Origin: Auanema rhodensis
Lineage: Eukaryota > Animalia > Nematoda
Length of the DNA: 64,000 bases
NCBI GenBank assembly: GCA_964057225.1
Contig: OZ059894.1
Location: 1,240,001 to 1,304,000, forward strand
Reading direction: 5' to 3'
Both the position numbers and the translations under genes were made by a program. Numbering within the stretch: position 1 is the first letter of the stretch; the number at the start of each line of letters is the position of its first letter. The notes beneath the pieces are model-generated. The model did no database searches. It had not been told where the DNA came from and worked only from the letters and a program-made list of their open reading frames with translations. Shown here one piece after another: positions 57,401 through 64,000 of the stretch.

Positions 57401-60006
57401 GATATCTCGGTGCATTTTTAAGCTAGCGCAAATCTGATAACACAGATCGACGCAGCTTAAAAATCCGCATCGAATGCACTATACTTCATTGAGGAACGCT
57501 TAATACAAAAATTAGTTATGATCGTTTGAAAAATGATGCATTAGTGTATGTTGAGTTTCCATGTACACTCAACATAGCTTCCAAAAACATTTTGACAAAA
57601 ATTTTTTCGAAAAATTTCAAAATAATTTAGCAAAAAGTAGATGTTTTTAGATTCCTTTTTTCAAGGCAAAGACGATGGACAATGTTATTCAACGAAAAAA
57701 TTAATTCTTCAGGGTGAAAATCGAGGATATAAGTGTGAACTTATATCAGTTGATATCTCGGTGCATTTTTAAGCTAGCGCAAATCTGATAACACAGATCG
57801 ACGCAGCTTAAAAATCCGCATCGAATGCACTATACTACATTGAGGAACGCTAAATACAAAAATTAGTTATGATCGTTTGAAAAATGATGCATTAGTGTAT
57901 GTTGAGTTTCCATGTACACTCAACATTGCTTCCAAAAACATTTTGACAAAAATTTTTTCGAAAAATTTCAGAATAATTTAGCAAAAAGTAGATGTTTTTA
58001 GATTCCTTTTTTCAAGGCAAAGACGATGGACAATGTTATTCAACGAAAAAATTAATTCTTCAGGGTGAAAATCGAGGATATAAGTGTGAACTTATATCAG
58101 TTGATATCTCGGTGCATTTTTAAGCTAGCGCAAATCTGATAACACAGATCGACGCAGCTTGAAAATCCGCATCGAATGCACTATACTACATTGAGGAACG
58201 CTTAATACAAAAATTAGTTATGATCGTTTGAAAAATGATGCATTAGTGTATGTTGAGTTTCCATGTACACTCAACATAGCTTCCAAAAACATTTTGACAA
58301 AAATTTTTTCGAAAAATTTCAGAATAATTTAGCAAAAAGTAGATGTTTTTAGATTCCTTTTTTCAAGGCAAAGACGATGGACAATGTTATTCAACGAAAA
58401 AATTAATTCTTCAGGGTGAAAATCGAGGATATAAGTGTGAACTTATATCAGTTGATATCTCGGTGCATTTTTAAGCTAGCGCAAATCTGATAACACAGAT
58501 CGACGCAGCTTGAAAATCCGCATCGAATGCACTATACTACTTTGAGAAACGCTTAATACAAAAATTAGTTATGATCGTTTGAAAAATGATGCATTAGTGT
58601 ATGTTGAGTTTCCATGTACACTCAACATTGCTTCCAAAAACATTTTGACAAAAATTTTTTCGAAAAATTTCAAAATATTTTAGCAAAAAGTAGATGTTTT
58701 TAGATTCCTTTTTTCAAGGCAAAGACGATGGACAATGTTATTCAACGAAAAAATTAATTCTTCAGGGTGAAAATCGAGGATATAAGTGTGAACTTATATC
58801 AGTTGATATCTCGGTGCATTTTTAAGCTAGCGCAAATCTGATAACACAGATCGACGCAGCTTGAAAATCCGCATCTAATGCACTATACTACTTTGAGAAA
58901 CGCTTAATACAAAAATTAGTTATGATCGTTTGAAAAATGATGCATTAGTGTATGTTGAGTTTCCATGTACACTCAACATTGCTTCCAAAAACATTTTGAC
59001 AAAAATTTTTTCGAAAAATTTCAAAATAATTTAGCAAAAAGTAGATGTTTTTAGATTCTTTTTTTCAAGGCGAAGACGATCGACAATGTTATTCAACGAA
59101 AAAATTAATTCTTCAGGGTGAAAATCGAGGATATAAGTGTGAACTTATATCAGTTGATATCTCGGTGCATTTTTAAGCTAGCGCAAATCTGATAACACAG
59201 ATCGACGCAGCTTGAAAATCCGCATCGAATGCACTATACTACTTTGAAAAACGCTTAATACAAAAATTAGTTATGATCGTTTGAAAAATGATGCATTAGT
59301 GTATGTTGAGTTTCCATGTACACTCAACATTGCTTCCAAAAACATTTTGACAAAAATTTTTTCGAAAAATTTCAAAATATTTTAGCAAAAAGTAGATGTT
59401 TTTAGATTCCTTTTTTCAAGGCAAAGACGATGGACAATGTTATTCAACGAAAAAATTAATTCTTCAGGGTGAAAATCGAGGATATAAGTGTGAACTTATA
59501 TCAGTTGATATCTCGGTGCATTTTTAAGCTAGCGCAAATCTGATAACACAGATCGACGCAGCTTGAAAATCCGCATCTAATGCACTATACTACTTTGAGA
59601 AACGCTTAATACAAAAATTAGTTATGATCGTTTGAAAAATGATGCATTAGTGTATGTTGAGTTTCCATGTACACTCAACATTGCTTCCAAAAACATTTTG
59701 ACAAAAATTTTTTCGAAAAATTTCAAAATAATTTAGCAAAAAGTAGATGTTTTTAGATTCTTTTTTTCAAGGCGAAGACGATCGACAATGTTATTCAACG
59801 AAAAAATTAATTCTTCAGGGTGAAAATCGAGGATATAAGTGTGAACTTATATCAGTTGATATCTCGGTGCATTTTTAAGCTAGCGCAAATCTGATAACAC
59901 AGATCGACGCAGCTTAAAAATCCGCATCGAATGCACTATACTTCATTGAGGAACGCTTAATACAAAAATTAGTTATGATCGTTTGAAAAATGATGCATTA
60001 GTGTAT

Positions 60007-63000
60007 GTTGAGTTTCCATGTACACTCAACATAGCTTCCAAAAACATTTTGACAAAAATTTTTTCGAAAAATTTCAAAATAATTTAGCAAAAAGTAGATG
60101 TTTTTAGATTCCTTTTTTCAAGGCAAAGACGATGGACAATGTTATTCAACGAAAAAATTAATTCTTCAGGGTGAAAATCGAGGATATAAGTGTGAACTTA
60201 TATCAGTTGATATCTCGGTGCATTTTTAAGCTAGCGCAAATCTGATAACACAGATCGACGCAGCTTAAAAATCCGCATCGAATGCACTATACTACATTGA
60301 GGAACGCTTAATACAAAAATTAGTTATGATCGTTTGAAAAATGATGCATTAGTGTATGTTGAGTTTCCATGTACACTCAACATTGCTTCCAAAAACATTT
60401 TGACAAAAATTTTTTCGAAAAATTTCAAAATAATTTAGCAGAAAGTAGATGTTTTTAGATTCCTTTTTTCAAGGCAAAGACGATGGACAATGTTATTCAA
60501 CGAAAAAATTAATTCTTCAGGGAGAAAATCGAGGATATAAGTGTTAACTTATATCAGTTGATATCTCGGTGCATTTTTAAGCTAGCGCAAATCTGATAAC
60601 ACAGATCGACTCAGCTTGAAAATCCGCATCGAATGCACTATACTACATTGAGGAACGCTTAATACAAAAATTAGTTATGATCGTTTGAAAAATGATGCAT
60701 TAGTGTATGTTGAGTTTCCATGTACACTCAACATAGCTTCCAAAAACATTTTGACAAAAATTTTTTCGAAAAATTTCAGAATAATTTAGCAAAAAGTAGA
60801 TGTTTCTAGATTCCTTTTTTCAAGGCAAAGACGATGGACAATGTTATTCAACGAAAAAATTAATTCTTCAGGGTGAAAATCGAGGATATAAGTGTGAACT
60901 TATATCAGTTGATATCTCGGTGCATTTTTAAGCTAGCGCAAATCTGATAACACAGTTCGACGCAGCTTGAAAATCCGCATCTAATGCACTATACTACTTT
61001 GAGAAACGCTTAATACAAAAATTAGTTATGATCGTTTGAAAAATGATGCATTAGTGTATGTTGAGTTTCCATGTACACTCAACATAGCTTCCAAAAACAT
61101 TTTGACAAAAATTTTTTCGAAAAATTTCAAAATAATTTAGCAAAAAGTAGATGTTTTTAGATTCCTTTTTTCAAGGCAAAGACGATGGACAATGTTATTC
61201 AACGAAAAAATTAATTCTTCAGGGTGAAAATCGAGGATATAAGTGTGAACTTATATCAGTTGATATCTCGGTGCATTTTTAAGCTAGCGCAAATCTGATA
61301 ACACAGATCGACGCAGCTTAAAAATCCGCATCGAATGCACTATACTACATTGAGGAACGCTTAATACAAAAATTAGTTATGATCGTTTGAAAAATGATGC
61401 ATTAGTGTATGTTGAGTTTCCATGTACACTCAACATTGCTTCCAAAAACATTTTGACAAAAATTTTTTCGAAAAATTTCAAAATAATTTAGCAGAAAGTA
61501 GATGTTTTTAGATTCCTTTTTTCAAGGCAAAGACGATGGACAATGTTATTCAACGAAAAAATTAATTCTTCAGGGAGAAAATCGAGGATATAAGTGTTAA
61601 CTTATATCAGTTGATATCTCGGTGCATTTTTAAGCTAGCGCAAATCTGATAACACAGATCGACTCAGCTTGAAAATCCGCATCGAATGCACTATACTACA
61701 TTGAGGAACGCTTAATACAAAAATTAGTTATGATCGTTTGAAAAATGATGCATTAGTGTATGTTGAGTTTCCATGTACACTCAACATAGCTTCCAAAAAC
61801 ATTTTGACAAAAATTTTTTCGAAAAATTTCAGAATAATTTAGCAAAAAGTAGATGTTTTTAGATTCCTTTTTTCAAGGCAAAGACGATGGACAATGTTAT
61901 TCAACGAAAAAATTAATTCTTCAGGGTGAAAATCGAGGATATAAGTGTGAACTTATATCAGTTGATATCTCGGTGCATTTTTAAGCTAGCGCAAATCTGA
62001 TAACACAGATCGACGCAGCTTGAAAATCCGCATCTAATGCACTATACTATTTTGAGAAACGCTTAATACAAAAATTAGTTATGATCGTTTGAAAAATGAT
62101 GCATTAGTGTATGTTGAGTTTCCATGTACACTCAACATAGCTTCCAAAAACATTTTGACAAAAATTTTTTCGAAAAATTTCAAAATAATTTAGCAAAAAG
62201 TAGATGTTTTTAGATTCCTTTTTTCAAGGCAAAGACGATGGACAATGTTATTCAACGAAAAAATTAATTCTTCAGGGTGAAAATCGAGGATATAAGTGTG
62301 AACTTATATCAGTTGATATCTCGGTGCATTTTTAAGCTAGCGCAAATCTGATAACACAGATCGACGCAGCTTAAAAATCCGCATCGAATGCACTATACTA
62401 CATTGAGGAACGCTTAATACAAAAATTAGTTATGATCGTTTGAAAAATGATGCATTAGTGTATGTTGAGTTTCCATGTACACTCAACATTGCTTCCAAAA
62501 ACATTTTGACAAAAATTTTTTCGAAAAATTTCAAAATAATTTAGCAGAAAGTAGATGTTTTAAGATTCCTTTTTTCAAGGCAAAGACGATGGACAATGTT
62601 ATTCAACGAAAAAATTAATTCTTCAGGGAGAAAATCGAGGATATAAGTGTGAACTTATATCAGTTGATATCTCGGTGCATTTTTAAGCTAGCGCAAATCT
62701 GATAACACAGATCGACTCAGCTTGAAAATCCGCATCGAATGCACTATACTACATTGAGGAACGCTTAATACAAAAATTAGTTATGATCGTTTGAAAAATG
62801 ATGCATTAGTGTATGTTGAGTTTCCATGTACACTCAACATAGCTTCCAAAAACATTTTGACAAAAATTTTTTCGAAAAATTTCAGAATAATTTAGCAAAA
62901 AGTAGATGTTTTTAGATTCCTTTTTTCAAGGCAAAGACGATGGACAATGTTATTCAACGAAAAAATTAATTCTTCAGGGTGAAAATCGAGGATATAAGTG

Positions 63001-64000
63001 TGAACTTATATCAGTTGATATCTCGGTGCATTTTTAAGCTAGCGCAAATCTGATAACACAGATCGACGCAGCTTGAAAATCCGCATCTAATGCACTATAC
63101 TACTTTGAGAAACGCTTAATACAAAAATTAGTTATGATTGTTTGAAAAATGATGCATTAGTGTATGTTGAGTTTCCATGTACACTCAACATTGCTTCCAA
63201 AAACATTTTGACAAAAATTTTTTCGAAAAATTTCAAAATAATTTAGCAAAAAGTAGATGTTTTTAGATTCCTTTTTTCAAGGCAAAGACGATGGACAATG
63301 TTATTCAACGAAAAAATTAATTCTTCAGGGTGAAAATCGAGGATATAAGTGTGAACTTATATCAGTTGATATCTCGGTGCATTTTTAAGCTAGCGCAAAT
63401 CTGATAACACAGATCGACGCAGCTTAAAAATCCGCATCGAATGCACTATACTTCATTGAGGAACGCTTAATACAAAAATTAGTTATGATCGTTTGAAAAA
63501 TGATGCATTAGTGTATGTTGAGTTTCCATGTACACTCAACATTGCTTCCAAAAACATTTTGACAAAAATTTTTTCGAAAAATTTCAAAATAATTTAGCAG
63601 AAAGTAGATGTTTTTAGATTCCTTTTTTCAAGGCAAAGACGATGGACAATGTTATTCAACGAAAAAATTAATTCTTCAGGGAGAAAATCGAGGATATAAG
63701 TGTGAACTTATATCAGTTGATATCTCGGTGCATTTTTAAGCTAGCGCAAATCTGATAACACAGATCGACTCAGCTTGAAAATCCGCATCGAATGCACTAT
63801 ACTACATTGAGGAACGCTTAATACAAAAATTAGTTATGATCGTTTGAAAAATGATGCATTAGTGTATGTTGAGTTTCCATGTACACTCAACATAGCTTCC
63901 AAAAACATTTTGACAAAAATTTTTTCGAAAAATTTCAGAATAATTTAGCAAAAAGTAGATGTTTTTAGATTCCTTTTTTCAAGGCAAAGACGATGGACAA
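60007..64000. repeat. 3-mer (1053 bp) higher-order repeat, ~3.8 units
   Basis: The monomer with GCAGAAAGTAG+GGGAGAAA+GACTCAGC recurs at 60358, 61411, 62464 and 63517 (period 1053), each time flanked by the same two other monomer types. Confidence 0.88.

Larger units (their letters stand above)
1..64000. repeat. Tandem satellite DNA array, 351-bp monomer, ~182.4 copies, extends beyond both window ends
   Basis: The unit GTTGAGTTTCCATGTACACTCAAC...GCATTAGTGTAT recurs at 1, 352, 703 ... 7021, 14041 (exact multiples of 351). After two deletions (-14, -1) it recurs at 29821, 36841, 43861, 50881, 57901 and 63868. Copies differ by only a few substitutions each, and no unique sequence is present. Confidence 0.99.
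24205..64000. repeat. Satellite subfamily domain B (monomers 70-183)
   Basis: Pos60 G (TTTTCGAAAA) in all copies inspected and pos261 G (AGCTTGAAAAT) in most. Variants CAACATAGC, TTCAGAATA, AAATATTTT, GCATCTAA and CTAAATTGATGAAC are private to this domain. Confidence 0.9.

Noticed and set aside
1-64000. Repeat-protein gene (351 bp = 117 codons, so frame is preserved)
   Set aside because: The ORF-bearing frame has many stops per monomer, and the ORF track shows nothing spanning a monomer in any frame.
1-64000. CRISPR array
   Set aside because: The palindromic 28-bp element recurs regularly, but the intervening ~320 bp is as conserved as the element itself. There are no unique spacers, leader or cas genes.

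Overview
The whole 64 kb window is one uninterrupted head-to-tail tandem array of a 351-bp AT-rich monomer (about 31% GC by hand count), with 182 complete copies plus a 133-bp partial copy, all in the same orientation. It looks like eukaryotic satellite DNA (centromeric or pericentromeric heterochromatin type, probably invertebrate because CpG is not depleted), but I do not recognise the family by name. I see no genes, RNA genes, CRISPR array or inserted mobile element, and the five 63-aa ORFs arise from a single TAG>CAG variant. Copies differ by only a few substitutions, and there are just two indels in the window (a 14-bp deletion near 16535 and a 1-bp deletion near 23233). The variants reveal internal history: two subfamily domains that meet inside one chimeric monomer (23854-24204), several local higher-order repeats (3-, 4- and 5-mers) and longer block duplications. 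Each monomer carries three inverted repeats and a phased A/T-tract segment. Monomer n starts at 1+351(n-1), minus 14 for n=49-67 and minus 15 for n>=68. 'Pos' below means position within a monomer. All counts were made by eye.
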